This document shows positions 1 through 7,751 of a stretch of 64,000 nucleotides of DNA, piece after piece. Under the pieces are notes generated by a model, which was not told where the DNA came from, ran no database searches, and saw only the letters and a list, made by a program, of their open reading frames with translations. The position numbers and the translations under genes were made by a program. This DNA comes from SAR202 cluster bacterium bin16 (lineage in GTDB: Bacteria > Chloroflexota > Dehalococcoidia > Lucifugimonadales > Australimonadaceae): positions 17,790 to 81,789 of the forward strand of contig MPMJ01000002.1 of NCBI GenBank assembly GCA_002238425.1, read 5' to 3'. The stretch's first letter is position 1, and each line of letters starts with the position of its first letter.

Positions 1-314
1 GGGAGCACCTGGAGAACCTCGTGCTACAGGACCTGCTTGTGTGGCGGGACTCGGAGAGCAACCACGCCGAGGTGTTGTACTGGCGCACGACGCTTGGGGA
101 GGAGGTGGACTTCGTGATCGAGGCGAGCGACAGCCTGCTGCCCATAGAGGTCAAGTCGTCCGGCAGGCCGCACTTCAGGGATACGACACACCTGCGCACC
201 TTCAGGCGAGAGTATCGAGACAAGGCGCGCGCGGGCCTGCTGCTGCACACCGGCGATGCGGTGGAATGGGTGGCGCCGGACGTGCTCGCCGTCCCCTGGT
301 GGCGCATCTTCTGA
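1..314 (+). CDS. DUF4143-type AAA ATPase, C-terminal fragment (5' end outside the window)
   Basis: The frame is open from the window edge to TGA 312-314. The segment EEVDFVIEASDSLLPIEVKSSGRP resembles the conserved C-terminal module of DUF4143 ATPases. Confidence 0.6.
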   Translation, partial: EHLENLVLQDLLVWRDSESNHAEVLYWRTTLGEEVDFVIEASDSLLPIEVKSSGRPHFRDTTHLRTFRREYRDKARAGLLLHTGDAVEWVAPDVLAVPWWRIF

Positions 315-459
315 GCGGCGGCGGACGCGCTCGCCTTGCCGACGAATGCCTGCAGGCATAAGATTGGGTACATCTCTGGATGCGCGGTGGTTGACGGCGG
401 GTTGTGCCCGTTTCGGCACACACGTACACCCGCGCTCTCCGATATCCGAAAGGCTGCAC

Positions 460-1977
460 ATGCACGACGATCCCTGGGAGCACGGACATTATGGCGCAGA
501 AGACGAGGTTGTCTTCGGTTCCATCGCGGAAGACGGATTCCCCATAAACCCGGACTGGCTGCGGCTCACGAGCGTGGGCATCGACATCGGCTCCTCCACC
601 TCCCACCTGATGTTCTCCAAGCTCATCATGCGGCGGCGGAGCACGGAGATGTCCAGCGAGTTCGAGGTAGTGTTCCGACAGGTGCTCTACCGCTCGCCCA
701 TCCTGCTCACCCCCTACTCCGATCCAGACACGATAGACACCGATTCCCTCGGCGACTTCGTGAAGCAGAGCTACGTGGAGGCCGAACTCCAGGCGGACGA
801 CATCGACACCGGCGCGGTCATCTGCACCGGTGAGGCTGTCCGAAAGCACAACTCCGAGGCGATCATCCGGATGCTGGCCGCGGCGGGCGGGCGCTTCGTC
901 TGCGCGACGGCAGGGCCGAACCTTGAGGGCATCCTCGGGGCGCACGGCTCCGGCGCTGCGGCGCGGTCGCTGAAGATCGGCGCGGGCATGAACGTGGACA
1001 TGGGCGGCGGCACTACGAAGATCGCCATCGTCCAGAACGGCAAGGTCGCAGAGACTATGGCCATCAACGTGGGCGCGCGGCTCATCGCGTGGGACACGGA
1101 CAGCGTCGTCGAACGCGTGGAGGAGGCAGGGCGCACGGTAGCCCACAGCGTTGGCGTGGACGTCGAAGTCGGCAAGCGCATGGACGAGGAAGAGAAGGAG
1201 AAGGTCGCCGAGAAGCTGGCAGACCTGCTCTTCGAGGCACTGAGCCGCAGCGAATACTCCCAACTGGCCTCCGACCTCGTTATTTCGGGCCCTATCGCGT
1301 TCGACGAGCCGATAGACGAGATCGGGTTCTCCGGCGGCGTCGCGGAGTACGTCTACGACTACGACCAACAGGACTACGGCGACATGGGCCCGCTGCTGGG
1401 CGCGGCGGTACGGCGCCGCCTGCCCTCGCTCGGCATCCCGATCGCCGGAAGCGCGGAGCGCATCCGTGCAACCGTGATCGGCGCGTCGCAGTACACGGTG
1501 CAGGTGTCGTCCAGCACGGTCTTCGTGTCGAACTCCGAACTGCTGCCGTACCTCGACCTGCAGGTGGTACCGGCCTACCTCCCCACCGACCCGAACGACC
1601 TGACGCAAGAGGCAGTGGAGCAGGCGATAGCGCAGGGATTCGAGCGGCTGGACATCGCCGAGCAGGACATCGGGAAACACATCGCGCTGGCAGTGCTGGG
1701 GCCCGTGATCCCCACCTACGACTCCATCAGGTCCATGTGCGCGGCGATAGCGGGCGCGCTTGCACCGTTCCATGACCACGTCTGGACGATCGTGCTGAGC
1801 GCGGACGTGGCCGGCCTCGTTGGAGCGATGCTCAAGAACGAGTTCAAGGTGGAGCCGGAAGTCATCGTCGTGGACGGCATCAACGTCGGCGAGTTCAACT
1901 TCATCGACCTCGGCGAGCAGCTGGAGTCGGTGGAGGCTATCCCGGTGGTGGTGAAGTCGCTCGTGTTCGAGGGATAG
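460..1977 (+). CDS. eutA: EutA-like reactivase (ASKHA-fold ATPase, ethanolamine ammonia-lyase reactivating factor family)
   Basis: 505 aa from ATG 460. GIDIGSSTSHLMF, NVDMGGGTTKIA, ATVIGASQYT and the C-terminal PVVVKSLVF align along the whole length with my recollection of E. coli EutA. Confidence 0.75.
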   Translation: MHDDPWEHGHYGAEDEVVFGSIAEDGFPINPDWLRLTSVGIDIGSSTSHLMFSKLIMRRRSTEMSSEFEVVFRQVLYRSPILLTPYSDPDTIDTDSLGDFVKQSYVEAELQADDIDTGAVICTGEAVRKHNSEAIIRMLAAAGGRFVCATAGPNLEGILGAHGSGAAARSLKIGAGMNVDMGGGTTKIAIVQNGKVAETMAINVGARLIAWDTDSVVERVEEAGRTVAHSVGVDVEVGKRMDEEEKEKVAEKLADLLFEALSRSEYSQLASDLVISGPIAFDEPIDEIGFSGGVAEYVYDYDQQDYGDMGPLLGAAVRRRLPSLGIPIAGSAERIRATVIGASQYTVQVSSSTVFVSNSELLPYLDLQVVPAYLPTDPNDLTQEAVEQAIAQGFERLDIAEQDIGKHIALAVLGPVIPTYDSIRSMCAAIAGALAPFHDHVWTIVLSADVAGLVGAMLKNEFKVEPEVIVVDGINVGEFNFIDLGEQLESVEAIPVVVKSLVFEG

Positions 1978-2041
1978 CGGCCCGGATGCCGCGGTTCGAC
2001 TCACCACACTCACAACAACCGGCTCGCGCCAGGCGGTCAGC

Positions 2042-2647
2042 ATGACCATCGCGCAGATGGGGCAGGAGCAACGCGCCGGAGCGCAAGGCGGGGAGAGCTT
2101 CCCGCCGCTGCCCACGGGCGTCTACGACATCATCTACGCGGACCCGCCATGGGACTACAAGGGGCAGTTGCAGCACGCGGGCCCCGGCAGCGGAGACACC
2201 GGCGGCGCTGTGCGCCACTACCCCACCGTGACGCTGGACGACCTGAAGCAGTTGGGCGTGCCCGGCATCGCGGCGGACGACAGCCTGCTATTCATGTGGG
2301 CGACGAACCCGCACCTCGACCAGGCCATCGACCTTGGAAAGGCGTGGGGGTTCGCCTGGGCGACGGTGGCGTTCGTGTGGGACAAGAAGCGCGTCAATCC
2401 CGGCTTCTACACGCTGAGCCAGTGCGAACTGTGCCTCGTTTTCAAGCGAGGCGCGATACCGCAACCGCGAGGCGCACGGAACGTCCGTCAGCTCGTGAGC
2501 GCGCCCCGCGGCCCGCACTCCGCGAAACCGGAAGAAGTTCGCAACCGTATCGAGCGGATGTTCCCCCACCAGCGCAAGATAGAATTGTTCGCGCGCCAGG
2601 AGGCAGCGGGCTGGGAATCGTGGGGACTCGGCTTCGATGGCGCATGA
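2042..2647 (+). CDS. MT-A70 family N6-adenine DNA methyltransferase (stand-alone)
   Basis: IIYADPPWDY catalytic DPPW motif. LLFMWATNPHL, WGFAWAT, HSAKPEE and ELFARQ..GWESWG match the MT-A70 layout. Confidence 0.8.
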   Translation: MTIAQMGQEQRAGAQGGESFPPLPTGVYDIIYADPPWDYKGQLQHAGPGSGDTGGAVRHYPTVTLDDLKQLGVPGIAADDSLLFMWATNPHLDQAIDLGKAWGFAWATVAFVWDKKRVNPGFYTLSQCELCLVFKRGAIPQPRGARNVRQLVSAPRGPHSAKPEEVRNRIERMFPHQRKIELFARQEAAGWESWGLGFDGA

Positions 2648-2672
2648 ACTCCGGCAAGGCGGCTGAACGGCG

Positions 2673-3959
2673 TTGACCACAGCGATAAAGCACATCAAGC
2701 TGAACATGCCGTTCTACGGCTGGTGGATCGTACTGTCGTCCGTGCTCTTCCACGGGCTCTCCGGGTCGGCGTTTGGGTTCACGTTCGGCCAGTACCTGCT
2801 GCGGATCGAAGAGCATTACGGCTGGAGCACGTTCGCCATCTCCAGCACCTACTCGGGCTCGTTGCTGCTGGCCGGCATCCTGAGCCCGGCGCACGGTTGG
2901 CTCCTGGACAAGTTCAGCCCGCGCGCCATCATGCAGGTCGGGACGATCACCTTCGGACTGGGTTTCATCGCCCTGCCCTTCGCGGACACGTTCCCCACAT
3001 TCTTCATCGTCATCATGGTCATGTCCGTCGGGGCGAACCTGTCGGGCTGGCTCACGCTCACGACGGTCACGACGCGCTGGTTCCGCCGCAAGCGGGCGCT
3101 GGCCCTGGGGCTGAGCTCCACGGGCATCGGGCTCGCGGGAGTGCTCTCGACCATCGTGGCGTGGTCGCTCGTGCTGCACGGCTGGGAAGCGACCGCCATC
3201 GGCTCCGGCATCGCAGTGATCGTTATCGGGCTGCCGCTCTGCCAACTGCTGCGCGGCTACCCGGAGGACCACGGCATGCTGCCGGACGGCGAGCCGCCCG
3301 ACGTCCGTTCCACGACTGGCGCGGCGCCGGGGCCGGACTTCAGTGAAGTGAACTTCACCGTGAGCGAGGCGGTGCGCGACCGTTCCTTCTGGTACGTGTC
3401 GCTCGGACACGGCGTCGCGCTCATCGCCGTGTTCGCCGTGCTCGTGCACCTCGTTCCCCACCTCGTGAAGGGACTGCAGTGGAGCGAGACGTCGGCGCAG
3501 GCGGTGCTGACGCTCGTGACCGTCACGAGCATCGTCGGCCAGGTGGCCGGGGGGTACATCGGCGACCGCTACAACAAGGCGCGGATGGCAGCCATCTGCA
3601 TGCTGATGCACGCGACCGCGATGCTGATGCTTGCGTTCGCCACGAGCGGCGAGGTCGTCGTGGCCGCGGCGTTGTTGCACGGCCTGGCCTGGGGGACGCG
3701 CGGGCCGCTGATGATGGCCATCCGTGCCGACTACTACGGGCGCCGCCAGTTCGGGCAGATAGCCGGCTACTCCAACATCATGGTCATGTTCGGTCCCCTG
3801 ATCGGCCCATCGCTTGCGGGATGGATGTTCGACCAGTACGGCGACTACACCGGCGCGTTCCTCGCGGTTGCGGTTGTCGTTGGGCTGGGGGCGCTCCTCT
3901 TCCTCGCCTCTCGCAAGCCGCCTCTGCCGATGCGGCTGCGACAGGTTGCGGAGGCGTAG
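2673..3959 (+). CDS. MFS transporter (oxalate/formate antiporter-like)
   Basis: About 12 hydrophobic segments. The loop RWFRRKRALALG resembles the MFS signature loop. The start is ambiguous: TTG 2673 or ATG 2706. Confidence 0.75.
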   Translation: MTTAIKHIKLNMPFYGWWIVLSSVLFHGLSGSAFGFTFGQYLLRIEEHYGWSTFAISSTYSGSLLLAGILSPAHGWLLDKFSPRAIMQVGTITFGLGFIALPFADTFPTFFIVIMVMSVGANLSGWLTLTTVTTRWFRRKRALALGLSSTGIGLAGVLSTIVAWSLVLHGWEATAIGSGIAVIVIGLPLCQLLRGYPEDHGMLPDGEPPDVRSTTGAAPGPDFSEVNFTVSEAVRDRSFWYVSLGHGVALIAVFAVLVHLVPHLVKGLQWSETSAQAVLTLVTVTSIVGQVAGGYIGDRYNKARMAAICMLMHATAMLMLAFATSGEVVVAAALLHGLAWGTRGPLMMAIRADYYGRRQFGQIAGYSNIMVMFGPLIGPSLAGWMFDQYGDYTGAFLAVAVVVGLGALLFLASRKPPLPMRLRQVAEA

Positions 3960-3962
3960 CCA

Positions 3963-4460
3963 ATGACGAATGTACGCAGCGGGCTGCGGTGGGTGTGCGC
4001 GGTCGAACACTGGACGGCGCTCGTGCTGGTCGCGCTTGTGGCGGTGCTCGTGGGGCAACTGATCGGCCTCGCGTTCGGGGCAACCTCAATCGTGAAGTCA
4101 CCGCGCGGGACGTTCGAAGCGCTCTACCAGGCGTCGCAGGACCGCGACTACGAGGCTGCGTTCGAACTGCTCGACAGCGACGGTCAGGCGCGGGCGGAGG
4201 CGCTCGGCGCCGCGGCGTGGCGCGAGATCGTGGACGGCCTCTCCGAGGGGCGCACCATCGAGAACATGGACATCGGCACGCAGCGCATCTTCGGGAAGAA
4301 CGCGGTGGTGGGGATCCTTGTCGAGTACACGGACGGCGATTTCACGCCTCGCGTGGAGGAGCTGGTGCGCGAGGGGACGCACTGGCGCGTCATGTGGCCG
4401 CCCGGCACTCGGAAGTTCACCGAGACGGTGCGTAAGTACGACCCCTGGTACGGGTACTAG
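3963..4460 (+). CDS. hypothetical membrane-anchored protein
   Basis: GGAGG lies 8 nt upstream of ATG 3963. It has one N-terminal TM helix (WTALVLVALVAVLVGQLIGLAF) followed by a soluble domain. No family recognised. Confidence 0.55.
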   Translation: MTNVRSGLRWVCAVEHWTALVLVALVAVLVGQLIGLAFGATSIVKSPRGTFEALYQASQDRDYEAAFELLDSDGQARAEALGAAAWREIVDGLSEGRTIENMDIGTQRIFGKNAVVGILVEYTDGDFTPRVEELVREGTHWRVMWPPGTRKFTETVRKYDPWYGY

Positions 4461-4466
4461 CGCGCC

Positions 4467-4907
4467 CTACCCGGTCGCCTGGTCGGTGCCAGCCCAGCCG
4501 TGGACGGAGAGGTCGAACGTGACGCCGTCCGGCCCCGTGAACTTGACCTCGACGTTGCCGCCGCCCGTCTCATCCGGCCTGCGCTGGTTGTACTCCTCGC
4601 GGATCTTCGGCTCGACGTGCTCGACCGCGCCCGCGGAGAGCACCTGGGCCTGCGCTGAATCCATGTCCTCGACGCCGAAGCCGATGTGGTGGAAGCCGGT
4701 GCGTTTGGGTGAGCCCTCCGTGACGGAGGCCCACTCCTGTCGCCACTTGAGGATGGCCATGTTCACGTGGCCGTCGCTCAGGTAGTAGCCCTCCGCGGTC
4801 GGCGAGTCCACCCTGCCAACCTGCTCCAGGCCCAGCCCTTCCATGTAGAACTTTGCCGTTGCCTCAGGGTCGTCCGTGCCGATGGCGATGTGCCGGATAC
4901 GCGCCAT
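4467..4907 (-). CDS. VOC (glyoxalase/bleomycin resistance/dioxygenase) family protein
   Basis: RIRHIAIGTDDPEATAKFY..GL and FHHIGFGVEDMD are typical VOC half-motifs. GGAGG lies 8 nt upstream of ATG 4907. Confidence 0.75.
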   Translation of the reverse strand: MARIRHIAIGTDDPEATAKFYMEGLGLEQVGRVDSPTAEGYYLSDGHVNMAILKWRQEWASVTEGSPKRTGFHHIGFGVEDMDSAQAQVLSAGAVEHVEPKIREEYNQRRPDETGGGNVEVKFTGPDGVTFDLSVHGWAGTDQATG

Positions 4908-4976
4908 GACGTTCACCTCCCGCGTGATGCGTTCGCCTGCGATGTTGCGCGTGCATCATAGCGCACACGGGGGCAA

Positions 4977-5012
4977 CCCTCACCCAACCCTCTCCAAGGG
5001 GAGAGGGAGAGG
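4977..5012 (+). repeat. REP-like palindromic element, family A (CCTCACCC..CCCTCTCC-loop-GGAGAGGG), copy 1
   Basis: Stem 4988-4995 / 5000-5007. It ends 89 nt upstream of the VOC gene ATG 5101. Confidence 0.7.
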
Positions 5013-5100
5013 ACAAGGCACGCGCAATGGCATGGGAATGACGGCGCTTGCGCGGAGGGGTACCATGCGCTCGGCAAGCGAAAATAGCAGGAGGTGCGGC

Positions 5101-5502
5101 ATGGGCGGCATCAGCGGCGTGAACCACGTGGCGGCGATAGCGAAGGACATGGCGGAGACGGCCAGCTTCTACGGAGAGGTGCTGGACGTGACCGTGCGGA
5201 AGATCGTCAACGACGAGCCTGGCCACAAGCACTACTCGTTCGACCTCGGCGGCGAGGGGACGCTCGACTTCTTCGAGGGCGCGCCGGGCATGAGCGGGAC
5301 GGCTCGCGACACCATCGGCGCGCTGAACCATCTCGCGGTGACCGCGACGCCCGACTTCATCGACGAGGCGGAGTCCCGGCTGCAGGCGCGCGGCGTCGAG
5401 GTGCACGTCACGGAGCGGCAGGGGCAGAAGACGATCTACTTCGAGGACCCGAACGGGATCAATCTGCAGCTGTACCCGGCGACGGGCGGCAGCCGGGCGT
5501 AG
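5101..5502 (+). CDS. VOC (glyoxalase) family protein
   Basis: AGGAGG lies 6 nt upstream of ATG 5101. VNHVAAIAKDMAETASFYGEVL, NHLAV and IYFEDPNGINLQL are VOC hallmarks. Confidence 0.8.
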   Translation: MGGISGVNHVAAIAKDMAETASFYGEVLDVTVRKIVNDEPGHKHYSFDLGGEGTLDFFEGAPGMSGTARDTIGALNHLAVTATPDFIDEAESRLQARGVEVHVTERQGQKTIYFEDPNGINLQLYPATGGSRA

Positions 5503-5549
5503 AGGCTGCCTCCCGTGGCGTAGTTCTTTCCACCCACTCGAACGCTTGT

Positions 5550-5583
5550 GGGGGGGGGGCCCCCCCCCCCCCCCCCCCCCCCC
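5550..5583. other. G10-C24 homopolymer junction (suspected assembly artifact)
   Basis: 10 G (5550-5559) are directly followed by 24 C (5560-5583), then gcacgac and C7TC5. Confidence 0.6.
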
Positions 5584-5655
5584 GCACGACCCCCCCCTCC
5601 CCCGGCAGAAGGGCCATGCCCCTCTGCACTCCCCGTCAGGCCGTTGCCACAACAG

Positions 5656-5682
5656 TAAGGGCACCCACGAAGGGTGCCCTTA
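5656..5682. terminator. hairpin family C (TAAGGGCACCC-loop-GGGTGCCCTTA) between convergent genes
   Basis: 11-bp perfect stem with the 5-nt loop ACGAA. Confidence 0.55.
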
Positions 5683-5703
5683 TACGTTCTATGCGATTGC
5701 GGC

Positions 5704-6648
5704 TTACGCGGAGATGCAGTTGACCGGCGAGAGACCTTCGGCGATGACGTTCCACTCGTCGCTGTCTGCGGCGCGGGCGAGCACCTCACCGCCGTGCGTG
5801 CCGGCGTAGACCGTGCCGTCCGCGTCGACGGCAAGCGCCTCGACCGACTCGACGAGCCCGTCATCCATGAGCGCACGCCACTGCGAGCCGCCGTCGTCGC
5901 TGCGGTAGATCTTCGCGACCGCGCCTTCGGGCCGGTCGCGCCAGTTGCGCGGCCTGCCGAGCGTGGCCGCGGCGTAGAGCCGCTGCTGGTCGGTGGGGTC
6001 GTTCGCCAGCGTGACGGTGTACATGGTCTCCAGGCCGTTGCAGTGCGACTGCCAGGAGCGGGCGGCGTCCTGCGAGCTGTAGAAGCCGACGCCCGTGACT
6101 GCGAAGACGTGGTCGCCGTCGTCCGGCGCTGCGGCGAGGCCGTGGATGTCCGGGTGGATGCTCTCGCGGGCCTCCTGCCACGTCTCGCCACCGTCCTCGG
6201 TCAGCATGACGCCTCCGACCTCGACGCCGACGTACACGCGCCCGGGGTGGGTCGGCGATGCGACCATGGCGCGGATGTTCGGCATGTGGGGCGACACGGG
6301 GAACGTCCACGTGCCGTAGGTGGGCAGGTCCTTGAAGCTCTGCACCTCGGAGAACTGCTCATCGGCAGCGCGGCGGCGGAACAGCACCGCATTGTCCGCG
6401 CCCACGAATGCCGTGCCGTCCAGCGTTACGGCGACGCAGCGGGAGTCGACGTCGGACAGGGTCTGCTTCCAGTCGGCGGGGTCCGCTCCACTCTCGAAGA
6501 CGCCGTCCACCGTCGCGGCCATCGTGCCGGTGTCGGTCGAGCAGACGCCCTCGACGCGCACGCCGGGCAACGCCTTGGCGGCGACTTCCCACGAGCCGTT
6601 ATTCCTCTCGAGCGCAACGATGCCGTCGTTCGTGCCTATCGTGAGCAT
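5704..6648 (-). CDS. BNR/Asp-box repeat beta-propeller protein
   Basis: Asp-box-like motifs TEDGGETW, SQDAARSW and SDDGGSQW. GGAGG lies 8 nt upstream of ATG 6648. The longer ORF to 6876 has no RBS and starts with TTG. Confidence 0.7.
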   Translation of the reverse strand: MLTIGTNDGIVALERNNGSWEVAAKALPGVRVEGVCSTDTGTMAATVDGVFESGADPADWKQTLSDVDSRCVAVTLDGTAFVGADNAVLFRRRAADEQFSEVQSFKDLPTYGTWTFPVSPHMPNIRAMVASPTHPGRVYVGVEVGGVMLTEDGGETWQEARESIHPDIHGLAAAPDDGDHVFAVTGVGFYSSQDAARSWQSHCNGLETMYTVTLANDPTDQQRLYAAATLGRPRNWRDRPEGAVAKIYRSDDGGSQWRALMDDGLVESVEALAVDADGTVYAGTHGGEVLARAADSDEWNVIAEGLSPVNCISA

Positions 6649-7022
6649 CCCGCCAACCTCCTGAAACAGGGTGTTTGGACTATAGCACGGCGCGTCAACA
6701 GTCGCGCCCTTGACGATGAGTGCGGTGGTGGAAAGAATGGCGGTGAATAGCCTCGGGATGAACTTGCTAGTGAGGGATATCCATGGCGCACCGCCTGCGA
6801 GACATGAGGATACACATACAGGATAGAAGTTACGCCCCCCAGGCGTATGGCATGTATCGTCCTCGGAAGTGGGCAATACTCCTTGAGTTAGGAGACGGGG
6901 TGACCGTAGACCACTGGGACAAGGAGGTGATCCGAAGGGGAGCGCAGAGTGTGCTGGGGTACAGTCGTTTCCTTGAGAAGAGAGATGTCATTGAATTGTA
7001 CTAACCAGAGGAGAGTGATGCG

Positions 7023-7484
7023 ATGTCAGAGGAGAACAAGGCCTTCGTCCGCCGTCTGTACCAGGAGGTCTACAACAACGGGCGCATAGACCTGATCGAC
7101 GAGATGTACGCATGGGACGTGGAGCTCCACATCGCGGGCATTCTCGAGGACCCGTTCGGGCCGGAGCCCATCAAGCAGCTCGTGACGATGACGCGGATGG
7201 CGTTCCCCTCGATACACGTCACGGTCGACGACATCATCGCGGAAGGGGACCGCGTGGCGGCGTGCATCTCGTTCACCGGCGCGTTCCAAGGCATCGGTAT
7301 GGGCACGTCGCCGCGGGTGAACCTGTCGTGGTGGCGGCGCATCGACGTCTACCGCATCCAGCTCGGGCGCGTCGTCGAGCAGTGGGGCGACCGCGACGAC
7401 TTCACGATGCTGCAGCGGCTCGGCGTCGCCGTTCCTGCGTTCAACGACCCGAAGCCTACGCCGCGGGAGTTCGGGAGGCTGTAG
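7023..7484 (+). CDS. SnoaL-like / ester cyclase (NTF2-fold) protein
   Basis: The N-terminus NKAFVRRLYQEVYNNGRIDLIDEMY and later DDIIAEGDRVAA..F.G are typical of ester-cyclase-type SnoaL proteins. Confidence 0.7.
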   Translation: MSEENKAFVRRLYQEVYNNGRIDLIDEMYAWDVELHIAGILEDPFGPEPIKQLVTMTRMAFPSIHVTVDDIIAEGDRVAACISFTGAFQGIGMGTSPRVNLSWWRRIDVYRIQLGRVVEQWGDRDDFTMLQRLGVAVPAFNDPKPTPREFGRL

Positions 7485-7489
7485 GGCGC

Positions 7490-7681
7490 ATGGAACTCAC
7501 CTATGATGTGGTTCTGGAACCGGCTGAGGGAGGCGGCTTCACCGTCTATGTTCCGGGCATGAATGGCTGCGTCTCTCAGGGTGAATCGGAGGAGGAGGCG
7601 CTGGAGAATATCAGAGACGCCATCGAGTGCTGGCTTGACTCCTGGGAGCAGATCGAGCCAGAGCAAGCGGATCTGTTCTGA
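7490..7681 (+). CDS. HicB-like (UPF0150) antitoxin-family protein, orphan
   Basis: 63 aa. YDVVLEPAEGGGFTVYVPGMNGCVSQGESEEEALENIRDAIE is the classical HicB N-terminal fold signature. No hicA was seen nearby. Confidence 0.65.
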   Translation: MELTYDVVLEPAEGGGFTVYVPGMNGCVSQGESEEEALENIRDAIECWLDSWEQIEPEQADLF

Positions 7682-7737
7682 TCAGCAACGACCCCAAACC
7701 CACGCACGCGATTTCGGGAGGTCCTAGGACGCTCCGA

Positions 7738-7743
7738 TATACT
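7738..7743 (+). promoter_or_regulatory. -10 box TATACT 8 nt upstream of ATG 7752 (leaderless-type promoter candidate)
   Basis: TATACT, then GTTGGTGT, then ATG. There is no Shine-Dalgarno sequence. Confidence 0.4.
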
Positions 7744-7751
7744 GTTGGTGT

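Noticed and set aside
202-2115. 637-aa ORF on the minus strand
   Set aside because: It is antisense to the motif-bearing EutA gene. Its composition is Arg/Ala/Gly/Pro-rich, it has no RBS and no recognisable domain. This is the usual stop-poor antisense frame of a high-GC gene.
2442-4058. 538-aa ORF on the minus strand
   Set aside because: It is antisense to the MFS transporter and the end of the methyltransferase gene. It is a low-complexity R/H/P/E-rich translation with no start context.
5546-5809. 87-aa ORF translating the poly-G/C tract as GGGPPPPPPPPP
   Set aside because: It is a product of the homopolymer junction and the hairpin repeat. It has no RBS and overlaps the 3' end of the BNR gene.
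6649-6876. N-terminal extension of the BNR-repeat gene with a signal-peptide-like hydrophobic stretch (FTAILSTTALIV)
   Set aside because: The only in-frame start upstream of that stretch is TTG 6876, which has no SD. ATG 6648 has GGAGG at 8 nt. The extension lies in a low-GC promoter-like spacer.
6783-7004. 73-aa plus-strand ORF in the 375-nt divergent spacer (considered as a possible HicA partner or small protein)
   Set aside because: It has no RBS, low GC and atypical codon usage, and no resemblance to HicA (no dsRBD-like G.H motif). It is more likely promoter spacer.
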